A stretch of 33,466 nt of DNA from a virus. The notes under the pieces are model-generated. The model was not told where the DNA came from. It saw only the letters and a program-made list of their open reading frames with translations, and ran no database searches. Below are positions 15,924-25,452 of this stretch, piece by piece (the stretch's first letter is position 1; each line of letters begins with the position of its first letter). The DNA lies in the IMG/VR virus record IMGVR_UViG_3300028481_000016, positions 1 to 33,466 of that record. One strand, 5' to 3'. A program made the position numbers and the translations under genes.

Positions 15924-17132
15924 CTATCCTCTCGAAATAATTCTGGCAATTGGAATTGCTTTATGATCGAAATAAACTCTAGCTGCACCTATTCCAGCGT
16001 CATGAACTAAAGTCCAGTTTGCTCCCGCTTCAAATTGAGCGTTTGTTGGAGACATACCCATTCCATTCGGTATTTCAAACGATATTCCCATTGGTGATAA
16101 ACATTTTCTTTGTCTGGTATATAAAGTGTCTTCCCCGCCGTTAGTTTTTGGATCGCGTGACATTTCATAAGGTACTTTTGCTCCGATATCTTCATAATCA
16201 AAAGCTCCGTCTCCTAATACATAAGTTGTATATGCGGAATAAGCTTCTGCTGTCATTTCGTAATAATCGCCAATATCATCTACATCAGGTGTCTCTACTG
16301 CTGTATAAGTGTTTCCTTCTTTTGTGTAATACGTTTTTGAACTGTCTATTGCCACATCTGAAGTCTTTGTATAAACAGCGTCTATTTCTGTTACTGGCAT
16401 TGAATCATCAATTATTACTGACCGACCATTCCATGTCGCCAAGCTCAAATCTCTTTGTATGCCGTTTGCGTCTGTATAAGTCAAATATTTTAGCAAGTTA
16501 AGATTTTCAAGGTTAGTAGCAACTTCAGAATGCATTATAGCTATTGTGAATTTACCTTTATTCTGCCCAGCAGCTTTTTGTATGGCTTTGTTTAATGTTG
16601 TTGGCCCTACCATATTATTTGGATTACCTTGACTGTCATTACCGCTTTCACTAGTTACGTCATAAGTGTGTCCATTAACAAAATTAAGGTTGTTCGCACC
16701 TGTCATAGAAAAAATACCTTTTAAGATACTTAATAAAATATCTTGGTCTATTTCTTCCCAATATTCAGAAACTTGTTTTGCTACGTTAGACATAAAATCT
16801 ACGCCACTTGTTATATCATACGAAAAATCTTTCTCTGTCCATGCTTTTGCACGTCCAAATACTACAACTCCTTTTTCAAACGTTGTTGTACTTGTAGCCG
16901 TGATATTAGTTGAACCATCATAATTTACAGGTGCCCCACCTAAATTGCCATACATCGGAATGCGTCCATAATAACTACCTGTTTGGCTACTAAACATATT
17001 TTTAATTTGCTGATTGCCTTTTAATGCTCTTGATTTAATCAATTCATTTCTCTTTAAATTTGGTACATTTTCCATATAAATTCCAAAAGCTTCTGGATTA
17101 AAACTTTTAGAATCAAATTTTGTATTTGCCAT
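15924..17132 (-). CDS. Major capsid protein
   Basis: FDSKSFNPEAFG, GRAKAWTEKDFS and GGEDTLYTRQR motifs of clostridial phage coat proteins; ~45-aa T/Y/D-rich insertion; follows the scaffold gene. Confidence 0.88.
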   Translation of the reverse strand: MANTKFDSKSFNPEAFGIYMENVPNLKRNELIKSRALKGNQQIKNMFSSQTGSYYGRIPMYGNLGGAPVNYDGSTNITATSTTTFEKGVVVFGRAKAWTEKDFSYDITSGVDFMSNVAKQVSEYWEEIDQDILLSILKGIFSMTGANNLNFVNGHTYDVTSESGNDSQGNPNNMVGPTTLNKAIQKAAGQNKGKFTIAIMHSEVATNLENLNLLKYLTYTDANGIQRDLSLATWNGRSVIIDDSMPVTEIDAVYTKTSDVAIDSSKTYYTKEGNTYTAVETPDVDDIGDYYEMTAEAYSAYTTYVLGDGAFDYEDIGAKVPYEMSRDPKTNGGEDTLYTRQRKCLSPMGISFEIPNGMGMSPTNAQFEAGANWTLVHDAGIGAARVYFDHKAIPIARIISRG

Positions 17133-17146
17133 TTATAACACTCCTA

Positions 17147-17734
17147 TTAAGTTTTATTTTTTATTGCTTCACAAATTTGTTCATAAGTCATATTTTTATA
17201 ATCAGATGTTGCATTTACTTGAGAATTTAAAGCTACGCCTGGTGTTTTACCTTGTATTGTATTCTCTATATCTTTAAACAAAAATTTTGTATCTTCACTT
17301 TCTTTTATTTGTTTTATTTGTTCTTCTAATCCATTTACATTTCCCTTTTCGTCAATTTCTGCTTTATCTAAAAATTCTTTTAATAGTGGTATAACTACTT
17401 TTTGGTTTATTGCACCAGCACTATTCAACGCTTTCTCTAAACCTGATTTTAATTTTATTTCTCTTATTTGTTGCTTATATTCATTGTCATTTTTTGTCTT
17501 TTCTTCTTGTAACAAGTCATAATCTTGTTTTAATTTTGTATAAGATTCATTATCTTTTTGCATACTATTTATTACTTCTTCTTGTTCTTTTATCTTGTCA
17601 TTCAAGAATGTTATTTTAACTTCATTTTCTTTTTTCTCAGTTTTATATTTTTCTATATCCAATCCATATTGAGTCATAATTTTGTCCATTATTTCATCAG
17701 ATAACCCTAAATCTTTTAAAAAATCTCTCCTCAT
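17147..17734 (-). CDS. Capsid scaffolding protein
   Basis: MRRDFLKDLGLSDE..KIM..YG N-terminus, coiled coil, ALNSAGAIN and FLF motifs. Confidence 0.85.
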   Translation of the reverse strand: MRRDFLKDLGLSDEIMDKIMTQYGLDIEKYKTEKKENEVKITFLNDKIKEQEEVINSMQKDNESYTKLKQDYDLLQEEKTKNDNEYKQQIREIKLKSGLEKALNSAGAINQKVVIPLLKEFLDKAEIDEKGNVNGLEEQIKQIKESEDTKFLFKDIENTIQGKTPGVALNSQVNATSDYKNMTYEQICEAIKNKT

Positions 17735-17853
17735 AAATTTCCTCCACTACGATTTTTAACGCCTTTTTTCTTGGCTTGTGCCAACCTTTTTACGTCTTGC
17801 TGAGGACTAATTATTTTATATCACAACTAAATTATTAAATCAATTTTTTCTCT

Positions 17854-18033
17854 CGCGCGCGCGCGCGTATATATATATATCCTTTTATTTTTATATTTAT
17901 ATATTTAGGGGGCGTTTTGTCTCTCTTAACAAGAGAAGTTTGCCTTTTTCAGGTGGATATTTTACCCCCTTTGGGGTGGAGATTTTACCCCCTTTGGGGT
18001 GGAGATTTTACCCCCCCAAAAAACTGTGGATAA
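17854..18033 (+). promoter_or_regulatory. Replication origin module 1: (CG)n(TA)n tract, 3 x 23-bp iterons, DnaA box
   Basis: CG run 17854-17867 and TA run to 17880. GGTGGAGATTTTACCCCCTTTGG repeats start at 17952, 17975 and 17998. TGTGGATAA at 18025-18033. Confidence 0.85.
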
Positions 18034-18129
18034 CTTTTTTAAACTACTTGTTTTGATTTATGTATGTAAGTGATTTTTTTTGCATTTTTTTTAAAAAATG
18101 TGTTAGTATAATATTTGGGTGATTAAAAT

Positions 18130-18894
18130 ATGCGAGAAGAACAAAATTATTTGGTTGTAAAACACAACGATTTGATTCGTAAAGTTCAGGCTCTGTTATC
18201 CCTGACTGTAAACGAGCAAAAAGTTGCTTTGTATTTGGTTTCTTTGATTAATCCTGATGATAAGGATTTTGATGCTGTGCTTGTTTCAATTAGTGCGTTA
18301 TGCGAATTGTTTGGCTTAGAAAAAGAAAAAGGCAACTACAAAAACTTAAAAAAAGCAATAAAAGCTCTAAGTGATAAATCTCATTGGCTTAACGGAGAAC
18401 TCTTCCGCTGGGTTGATACAGCAAAAGTAATACCAAATAGCGGCATGGTTAGAGTAAAATTATCAGAAAGCTTAAAGCCGTATTTGTTGCAACTGAAAGA
18501 AAATTTTACTAAGTACAAGCTCTATAATGTTTTGGTTTTAAAGAGCAAATATTCCATTAGAATGTATGAATTAATAAAAAGCTATTTTTGGGAAGGAACT
18601 TATTCAGTAACAATCCAAGAATTTAAAAAGAGTATTTGTTGTGATGCTTTTAATGAATTCAAAGATTTTAATAAATGGGTTTTAGCCCCTGCGATAAAAG
18701 AAATAAATGAGTTAACAGATATCTATGTAGAGGTAACAAAACTTAAAACCGGCAAATGTATTACAGATTTAAAGTTTGATATACACGAAACAAGCGAAAA
18801 ACTTCCGTTTGACAAGATACTGTCTAAAATATATGAGGTAGATATGAGATTAAAGAAGGCATCATCCACATCTAAAAGAAAAAGAAAGTTTTAG
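18130..18894 (+). CDS. repB: Rep_3 (RepB-type) plasmid replication initiator 1
   Basis: VVKHNDLI, LKPYLLQLKENFTKY, LKSKYSIRMYELIKS and VLAPAIKEINE motifs. Confidence 0.92.
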   Translation: MREEQNYLVVKHNDLIRKVQALLSLTVNEQKVALYLVSLINPDDKDFDAVLVSISALCELFGLEKEKGNYKNLKKAIKALSDKSHWLNGELFRWVDTAKVIPNSGMVRVKLSESLKPYLLQLKENFTKYKLYNVLVLKSKYSIRMYELIKSYFWEGTYSVTIQEFKKSICCDAFNEFKDFNKWVLAPAIKEINELTDIYVEVTKLKTGKCITDLKFDIHETSEKLPFDKILSKIYEVDMRLKKASSTSKRKRKF

Positions 18895-18940
18895 AGGCAA
18901 TGTTTTTTAGTTTGGACCACTTTTTTGGCCCAAACTTTTT

Positions 18941-19303
18941 TTAAAAAAGTAGCAAATAAAATTTTTGTCCTTCGCTAAATCGCAATAAATAGACAGACAT
19001 ACCAGCTTCCAGTTTTGTTGGTATTTTTATTGTTATTTCCTGTTCTTTTATCGTATATTCCTTTTCTTCTTCATTTTCATCCAATAAATTAATTTTTTGC
19101 TCTGGTATTATTATTTTTTCTTCATGTTCTTTATATTCACTTGGGATAACCATCATATCTTCTTTTATATCGATAAACTGGCTTAAATTTATTTTTAACG
19201 GTTCTACTGAAATTATATTACCAATTAGAACATCAAGAGGTTTCTTTGTTTCAATAGCGTCAACGGCTATTTGTTTTATTATCTGTGTTAATTTTTGTTG
19301 CAT
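18941..19303 (-). CDS. Baseplate spike DUF2577 (XkdR-like)
   Basis: IKQIAVDAIETKKP..GNIISVEPLKI and LEAGMSVYLLRFSEGQKF motifs; ATG 19303 follows AAGGAG. Confidence 0.8.
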   Translation of the reverse strand: MQQKLTQIIKQIAVDAIETKKPLDVLIGNIISVEPLKINLSQFIDIKEDMMVIPSEYKEHEEKIIIPEQKINLLDENEEEKEYTIKEQEITIKIPTKLEAGMSVYLLRFSEGQKFYLLLF

Positions 19304-19334
19304 AAGCACCAGTGCTCCTTATTTAAAACCATTT

Positions 19335-19892
19335 TTACCACGCCCACAAACTTCCATCTGGTGCATTTGAAGGTGTGGTTGATTGTACATATATTTTCCT
19401 GCATGCGTCAGCTATTGTCCCATCTGAATTAAACACTGTTTTTTGATTCGTAGTTGTTCCGCTTGTAATACTTGAACTAACTGTCAAATATTGTATTCCG
19501 CTCGTCATTGCTAAATTTATTTTATTTGCATTTATTTCCATTGTATTATCAGTTGGCTCTTTAATTTGGACATTTGTCCCGTCACCAAAAGTCAAAGCAC
19601 AACCATAATTTGAACTTGAAGTTTTTAATTTGACATCTCCTGCAATCGTTCCACCACTTGATGAAAACGCACCTAAATTACTTAATGCTCCTGAAGCGGT
19701 ATTTGCGCCTGTTCCGCCTGCTGTTATTGGTACTACTCCACCGCCACCGCCTGATATATTACTGAAATCTGTATTTAACTTGTTATTTAAAGCGGTATCT
19801 ATTATGTCTGAGTTGCCGTTAAAATCATCGACATCAAAAAAATCATCTTGTGCTGGCTTCTTTAAATTATAATTCGGTGTATAACTCGCCAT
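19335..19892 (-). CDS. Short tail fibre
   Basis: N-terminal NLKKPA..DFN.N.DIID anchor shared with 19906-21183; GGTGA repeat; C-terminal VQSTTPSNAPDGSLW. Confidence 0.75.
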   Translation of the reverse strand: MASYTPNYNLKKPAQDDFFDVDDFNGNSDIIDTALNNKLNTDFSNISGGGGGVVPITAGGTGANTASGALSNLGAFSSSGGTIAGDVKLKTSSSNYGCALTFGDGTNVQIKEPTDNTMEINANKINLAMTSGIQYLTVSSSITSGTTTNQKTVFNSDGTIADACRKIYVQSTTPSNAPDGSLWAW

Positions 19893-19905
19893 TTAAAATC
19901 ACTCC

Positions 19906-21183
19906 TTATAAAATCATAATTTGTATATGTGTTTCATCAATGCGTTTCATAACACGATATTTTGTCTTTTCTTCTGAATATGTCGCAATTGAATTTTCAT
20001 TTGGTTTTACATATCCGTTAATCTCTGATGTTCCGTCATCAATACATATTAATTTTCCTAACAATCCAACTGCTATCCATTCTTTTCGTTTATCTCTTGC
20101 TATATATGGCTGAGTATTATCATATTGTTTTGAAACTTTAAGCTGTTCCTCTGTATGTTCTTCGACAATAATATTCCCGTCATCGTCTTTTTCTTCTGGT
20201 ATAGTCACAGTTTCATAAATTGGTCTGCCGAAAATATCTTGTTCAAACATATATGCCCATTGATCAGAATGTGAATCCCCTATTACTGACGGATTACCAG
20301 AAACAACGCCTAAAATATAATCATCTTGGCTAGTTGCAAGTTTTATTTTATCTCCGTCAAGAGTAACAAATTTACCAATTCTATCTTCATTTGCAATATT
20401 TCCATCAAGCCATTCAAACATTTCAGCATAGTCCGCACCAGAAGAACTATATGTTTTTCCGTAAACTTTTGATTCTGTCGCTCTTAAACAATTGGCTGTT
20501 GCCGAAGAACCTGTTCCACATCCAACAATAAAATAACCACTATCTGTTGTATAAGACAACGTAGAGCCTTTTTCAACATTATACCTTCCAACCACCGTTT
20601 GATAGAAATTAGCAGCAGTGTGATAACCAGTCGCATGCGAATAGTGACCCTTAGCCGCAGTGGCTTGACCCTCTGCATGCGCAAAATTACCACTTACTGT
20701 TGTATTCCACCCCTCTGCATGTGAATACATTCCACTTGCCGTTGTATTGTACCCCTCAGCATGTGAATAATTTCCACTTGCTGTTGTGTCGTCGCCTTCA
20801 CAAGTTGCGTATGAACCTATCGTTGTACCTGATTTTTGCCCTGTCCTTATATATCCATTAGCATTACCTGTCCCACCTGCTGTAATCGGTATCATTCCTG
20901 TTACATTGCTTAAATCTTTATCTGCCTTATTACTTAAAGCAGTATCTACGCCAAGATTAGTTAAAGCATCAGAAGCTGTTGTTGCTCCTGTTCCACCATT
21001 TGCTATTGCTATTGCTCCACCTGAAACATTTGAAAAATCGGTATTGAGTTTACCATCTAAAGCGGTATCTATATCCCCAACAGCCGTATCGATTATATCC
21101 GCATTGTTATTAAAATCAGCAACACTAAAATAATCAGTTCTTGCTGGCTTCTTTAAATTTAAATTTTCTGTGTAATCAGCCAT
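19906..21183 (-). CDS. Tail fibre with YadA-like 14-aa repeats and a C-terminal Peptidase G2 autocleaving chaperone domain
   Basis: TTASGNYSHAEG repeats; GADYAEMFEWLDGN..GKFVTLDGDKI and EWIAVGLLGKL motifs. Confidence 0.85.
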   Translation of the reverse strand: MADYTENLNLKKPARTDYFSVADFNNNADIIDTAVGDIDTALDGKLNTDFSNVSGGAIAIANGGTGATTASDALTNLGVDTALSNKADKDLSNVTGMIPITAGGTGNANGYIRTGQKSGTTIGSYATCEGDDTTASGNYSHAEGYNTTASGMYSHAEGWNTTVSGNFAHAEGQATAAKGHYSHATGYHTAANFYQTVVGRYNVEKGSTLSYTTDSGYFIVGCGTGSSATANCLRATESKVYGKTYSSSGADYAEMFEWLDGNIANEDRIGKFVTLDGDKIKLATSQDDYILGVVSGNPSVIGDSHSDQWAYMFEQDIFGRPIYETVTIPEEKDDDGNIIVEEHTEEQLKVSKQYDNTQPYIARDKRKEWIAVGLLGKLICIDDGTSEINGYVKPNENSIATYSEEKTKYRVMKRIDETHIQIMIL

Positions 21184-21209
21184 TTTAAAACTCTCCCCTT
21201 TTTAAACAA

Positions 21210-21839
21210 TTATAACTTTGCTATATCACTGAAAGTATAATCTTCTAAACTACCATAATCATAAGATTCTAAGTTTAAATATTCATTGATAAAAAAGTTT
21301 TCTTCTATCCTTATCTCATAACACGTATAATTCACTAATAATCTATATCTATACGGTTTTATAATTTTGTATTGATTGTATTTTAAGCTAACATTACATA
21401 TTAAATTTGCAGGTATTACTCTGGCTAATAAATTCGATACTTCATCAAATTGATTTTGTCGACTTAAACTTAATAGTACTGTAAGAGTATAATTCTCATT
21501 ATCTAAAGTCATAGTATAATCATCAGCACAAATATTACGCAAGAAATTTTCTAACTGTCTATAAGTATAAGGCAATGAAGCATTTATTCTAGCTAAAATT
21601 GCCAATCGTCTATCTTCTACTGTCGCTGTGCCTTTTGGAGTTATATCCAACATTTTTTCCCAACGTGTGCAACCTTGTTCGTCTAAAGTGTTTATAAATT
21701 GATTGTTAAACGTCTTCCTGTGATTTTCCCACAAACTATTTATAGTAGGATTTTCTGCATTTGCTATTTCTTGATATTCTGTTACATCCTTAATCACATC
21801 TGGCAAATAATCTAATATATCTATATTTAATCTATCCAT
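21210..21839 (-). CDS. xkdU: Baseplate protein DUF2313 (XkdU-like)
   Basis: YLPDVIKDV, RWEKMLDITP, EDRRLAILAR and VIPANL motifs; ATG 21839 overlaps the portal stop. Confidence 0.85.
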   Translation of the reverse strand: MDRLNIDILDYLPDVIKDVTEYQEIANAENPTINSLWENHRKTFNNQFINTLDEQGCTRWEKMLDITPKGTATVEDRRLAILARINASLPYTYRQLENFLRNICADDYTMTLDNENYTLTVLLSLSRQNQFDEVSNLLARVIPANLICNVSLKYNQYKIIKPYRYRLLVNYTCYEIRIEENFFINEYLNLESYDYGSLEDYTFSDIAKL

Positions 21840-23301
21840 TATTGCCTTCTTTTGCCCCTTTTTTAATATTATCATCTACATCATTATCTGTTTTTTTGCT
21901 ATCATTTACTTGAAGATTATTATTAACAAAATGTTCTTCTTGAATTTGTTTTTCTTCTTGTTCTACGTCATAAACATATGGATGATTTTTTAATAATGTT
22001 TTGTGTGAAACTATACCAACTGAATTTTTTATATCATTTATAACCTGTGATTCATTAGTTATTTGATCTTTATTAAATATAATTTCAGTATCATCATTAA
22101 AGAAATTGCCAATATTCCTATTTGCTAAATCTGCTTTGAAAAACCATAAAATTCGTTTTAAAGAGTGTTTAAATTCTAAATCCATACTATTTGCGTCCAT
22201 ATCTATATCATTCAATACAGATTTTATTTGTAGTTCATTAGGTTCATTTCCAGAACGTAAATCTATTGCGTCGTATGCTTTTGCTATGCTTATCATTTCT
22301 TTTTTTATAAACTCAATAAATTCTTTGTATTGCCCTGTATTAATTTCTACTTTTAATAATTTAACATCACCATCTTCTCTAATTTTAACCGCGCCATAAG
22401 TTGCTAAATTCTGTCTGAACTCGCCTAAATTTTCACCATCATAATTTTTTAATACTAATATTGAATTTCTGCTATCTTCCTGCATATCATTTCTCCAATC
22501 ACTCAAAGCAGTATTTAGAACATCTTGTAATGTTTTTAAATCACGTATTAAAGGCAACATAAAATAATTATACTTGAAATAAGTTATTGGTATTTTACCC
22601 CAATTATAATTTTTATTGTTAATTTTAAAATATGCTCCTGATTCTTTAGTTGTATCTTGTATTAATTGGTTATTAATAAAATTATAGTATTCTATACCAT
22701 CTTGTTTATATATTTCTACTTTATGGCATATCTTAAACTCACCATTTACATATTTTTTTATATCATAAAATCTAATAACAAATTCAAGTTCTGTTTTTTC
22801 TTCGTCTGCCCATATCGGTAAAATTTCATAAGGAGCAAATCTTTTTAATTTAAAATTGCCTTTTTCGTCATAGTAAGCATAAAGCCAACCAATGCCACAA
22901 TTAAGAGAATCAGCGCAAATAGCTTTCATCAATATATTAAAGTCATAGTCGAAATATTTGTTAATTTCATCTTGAAGTTTTTTATTAACAGCTAATTCTG
23001 CTAAAAAAGTAACGCTTTTACTTACTAGATAATTTGTCTTTTGGTCAACTAATTTTTTATATTGATTATCTACTATTTTATTATTCGGCAAATTATCTAC
23101 TTCTATAAGTTTCCCATCGTTACCTATTGCGGTTCTTTTTCTAAACAAAATATCATGTATTCCTTTATAGTACTTATTACCTGCTATTTGTTCCAATCTA
23201 TCTTTTGAAAATAACCAATCTACAATGCGTTTTTCGTTAACTTTCAAATTTATTGTTATTGGTTGTTCTGGCAAATCCTGTTTGAATAGATTTAAAAACA
23301 T
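21832..23301 (-). CDS. Portal protein, SPP1 gp6-like
   Basis: YYKGIHDI, NQYKKLVDQKTNYL and ILVLKNYDGENLGEFRQNL motifs; ATG 23301 follows AAGGAGG. Confidence 0.93.
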   Translation of the reverse strand: MFLNLFKQDLPEQPITINLKVNEKRIVDWLFSKDRLEQIAGNKYYKGIHDILFRKRTAIGNDGKLIEVDNLPNNKIVDNQYKKLVDQKTNYLVSKSVTFLAELAVNKKLQDEINKYFDYDFNILMKAICADSLNCGIGWLYAYYDEKGNFKLKRFAPYEILPIWADEEKTELEFVIRFYDIKKYVNGEFKICHKVEIYKQDGIEYYNFINNQLIQDTTKESGAYFKINNKNYNWGKIPITYFKYNYFMLPLIRDLKTLQDVLNTALSDWRNDMQEDSRNSILVLKNYDGENLGEFRQNLATYGAVKIREDGDVKLLKVEINTGQYKEFIEFIKKEMISIAKAYDAIDLRSGNEPNELQIKSVLNDIDMDANSMDLEFKHSLKRILWFFKADLANRNIGNFFNDDTEIIFNKDQITNESQVINDIKNSVGIVSHKTLLKNHPYVYDVEQEEKQIQEEHFVNNNLQVNDSKKTDNDVDDNIKKGAKEGNNG

Positions 23302-23339
23302 TTGTTTTACCTCCTTACATAATAGATTTAAAAACATTT
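23285..23339 (+). repeat. 19-bp direct repeat flanking the portal RBS
   Basis: AATAGATTTAAAAACATTT at 23285-23303 and 23321-23339. Confidence 0.85.
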
Positions 23340-23546
23340 TTATTCACTCCGCTTTTTATATACAAACATTTCTTGTATTGGAACTTTCAAATATTCACAA
23401 ATTGAAAACGCATAATCCATATTGGGTTGATATTTATTATTACACCATCTATTCACGCTTTGATATGAAACAAATATTGCTTCACTTAACTCCAATTCAC
23501 TTATCTTTCTTTCTTGAATAATCTTTTTTATATTGTTTTTAACCAT
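23340..23546 (-). CDS. XRE/HTH_3 transcriptional regulator
   Basis: NNIKKIIQERKISELELSEAIFVSYQSVNRWCNNKYQPN; ATG 23546 follows GGAGG. Confidence 0.85.
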   Translation of the reverse strand: MVKNNIKKIIQERKISELELSEAIFVSYQSVNRWCNNKYQPNMDYAFSICEYLKVPIQEMFVYKKRSE

Positions 23547-23562
23547 ATGAACCTCCAAGAAA

Positions 23563-23670
23563 TTGAGCCTTTCATGACTAAAACCACTAGATTCTTGGGA
23601 ACTCCTTTCTATTGAAAAGATATTTACCAAGCTATCCCGATAGTTCCCACCGTTCTTTTATTCGTCTACG
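23563..23670 (-). ncRNA. omegaRNA scaffold / IS200-IS605 right end of tnpB copy 1
   Basis: GAACGGTGGGAACTATCGGGATAGCTTGG...GAATCTAGTGGTTTTAGTCATGAAAGGCTCAA ends in TCAA; predicted guide 23543-23562. Confidence 0.75.
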
Positions 23671-24769
23671 CCACTTCTAACATCCTCAATCCTTCATTAA
23701 GAATATTTATGGCTGCATTTACATCTCTGTCATGATGCGTATGACAACAAGGACATTTCCATTCTCTAATACTAAGATTTTTCACATCCTTATTAACATA
23801 CCCACAACAATTACAAGTCTGTGAACTAGCATAGAATTTATCTACTTTAACAACTTGTTTTCCATACCAATTTGCTTTGTATTCTAATTGTCTTACAAAT
23901 TCTGACCATGACACATCTGCGATTGACTGTGCGAGTTTATGATTCTTAATTATATTCTTTACTTGTAAATCTTCTAGACAGATAACATCATTATTTCTGA
24001 TAATTTCAGTAGATAATTTTTGTAAAAAATCTTTTCTCTGATTAGCAATATGTTCTTGAAGTCTTGCAACTTTGATCCTTGCTTTATTACGATTTGAACC
24101 ACCTTTTGTTTTTCGAGATAGTTGTCTTTGCAACTTTGCGAGTTTATCTAAAGACTTCTTCAAATACTTTGGATTTGAAATCATTTCACCGTCAGATGTA
24201 ATACAAAATTCTTTTATTCCTAAATCAATTCCAACTACATTTTCAGTTTTCTCAAATGGTTTGATGTCCACATCTGTACAACAAATAGATACAAAATATT
24301 TTCCACTTGGTTTTTGTGATACAGTTGCATTAAGAATCCTACCTTTTGGTATTAACTTGTTTTTCGTCTTTACCATTCCAAGTTTAGGCAATTTAATATG
24401 CTTGTCACAATACTGAATATTTCCATTTACACATTTTGACTTATATGAAAATCTATGTGTTTTCTTGGATTTGAATTTAGGATAGCCAGTGTGTTCTTTA
24501 AAGAACTTTTGATAAGCATAATCCAAATCTTTAAGCGAAGATTGAAGAGCAGTAGAATCAACTTCTTTTAACCATTCCAACTCTGATTTGAGTTTTTTCA
24601 TGTCATTTGCACACTGTACATATGAAAATGTTTCTTTATTCTGTTCATACGTTTCAATTCGTTTTGCAAGATATTTATTATACACAAATCGACAGCATCC
24701 AAACGTTTTTGCAATTATTTCTTTTTGCTTTTTATTTGGATATATACGATACTTATAAGCTTTTTCCAC
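23666..24769 (-). CDS. tnpB: TnpB RNA-guided endonuclease (IS200/IS605 family), copy 1
   Basis: [12 protein letters not shown]; GIDLG, LEDL and [10 protein letters not shown] RuvC motifs intact; Zn ribbon; GTG start follows GAGGTG. Confidence 0.95.
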   Translation of the reverse strand: MEKAYKYRIYPNKKQKEIIAKTFGCCRFVYNKYLAKRIETYEQNKETFSYVQCANDMKKLKSELEWLKEVDSTALQSSLKDLDYAYQKFFKEHTGYPKFKSKKTHRFSYKSKCVNGNIQYCDKHIKLPKLGMVKTKNKLIPKGRILNATVSQKPSGKYFVSICCTDVDIKPFEKTENVVGIDLGIKEFCITSDGEMISNPKYLKKSLDKLAKLQRQLSRKTKGGSNRNKARIKVARLQEHIANQRKDFLQKLSTEIIRNNDVICLEDLQVKNIIKNHKLAQSIADVSWSEFVRQLEYKANWYGKQVVKVDKFYASSQTCNCCGYVNKDVKNLSIREWKCPCCHTHHDRDVNAAINILNEGLRMLEVA

Positions 24770-24809
24770 CAACTTCACCTCACTTTCTTTTTTGATAAGA
24801 AAATAAAAA

Positions 24810-25082
24810 TTAATTTGGAAAAACATATTTCATTGCTCTTGCACTATCATTTATCCCTTGTGTTGTTGGATCATTTATTGTATTTAAAACATTAATTACA
24901 ATAACTCCTAATATATAAGGGTTACATAGTGCATCTTTTAAAAGTTTAAATACTTTATCCCAACCTGTTAAATCTTTAAAATTTAATCCGTAATAAGTTA
25001 ATAATGGTGTAAAAACAGCTAAAAATACTTGCCACCACCAAATCGGATTATTTATTCTGACCGTCCAATTTATATCCATCAT
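24810..25082 (-). CDS. Holin, phiLC3 family
   Basis: [13 protein letters not shown] and [16 protein letters not shown] motifs. Confidence 0.92.
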   Translation of the reverse strand: MMDINWTVRINNPIWWWQVFLAVFTPLLTYYGLNFKDLTGWDKVFKLLKDALCNPYILGVIVINVLNTINDPTTQGINDSARAMKYVFPN

Positions 25083-25411
25083 TTTTCCAATGCTTCTATA
25101 CGTTTCAAAAGTTCATTGTACTTAATCTCTTGCGCGGTTAATTGTGCTATTATCAATACATATTCTGTTCCGTTATATTTAAGCTCATGAAAGATCTCAT
25201 AATTTGTATACACATAATCATTATCATTATCTTTTATTGTTATAGTTCCACTAATCAAATTTGTACTTGCAAAAGTTTTTAAATCTGTATTATTCCATTC
25301 TTTTAAATGAATAATTAAACATTCTCTATCCGCACCATGACTATAACGTCTTTCTAATTCTACCAATTCGCAATTTAATTCTAACCCACTCTCAAATATA
25401 ATTTTGCTCAT
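25079..25411 (-). CDS. Hypothetical protein, possibly a tail-fibre assembly helper
   Basis: ORF with a GGAGTGA RBS; C-terminal short coiled coil. Confidence 0.5.
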   Translation of the reverse strand: MSKIIFESGLELNCELVELERRYSHGADRECLIIHLKEWNNTDLKTFASTNLISGTITIKDNDNDYVYTNYEIFHELKYNGTEYVLIIAQLTAQEIKYNELLKRIEALEK

Positions 25412-25452
25412 ATTAAAATCACTCCATTTTTTTTATTCACAATCACATTTTA

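Noticed and set aside
17854-17880. (CG)n(TA)n tracts as eukaryotic microsatellite contamination
   Set aside because: All three tracts sit beside iteron sets within a consistent bacterial origin architecture.
19335-21183. Diversity-generating retroelement or invertible fibre switch
   Set aside because: No reverse transcriptase or invertase is present. The similarity is confined to the N-terminal anchor, both genes have the same orientation, and there is no adenine-specific TR/VR pair.
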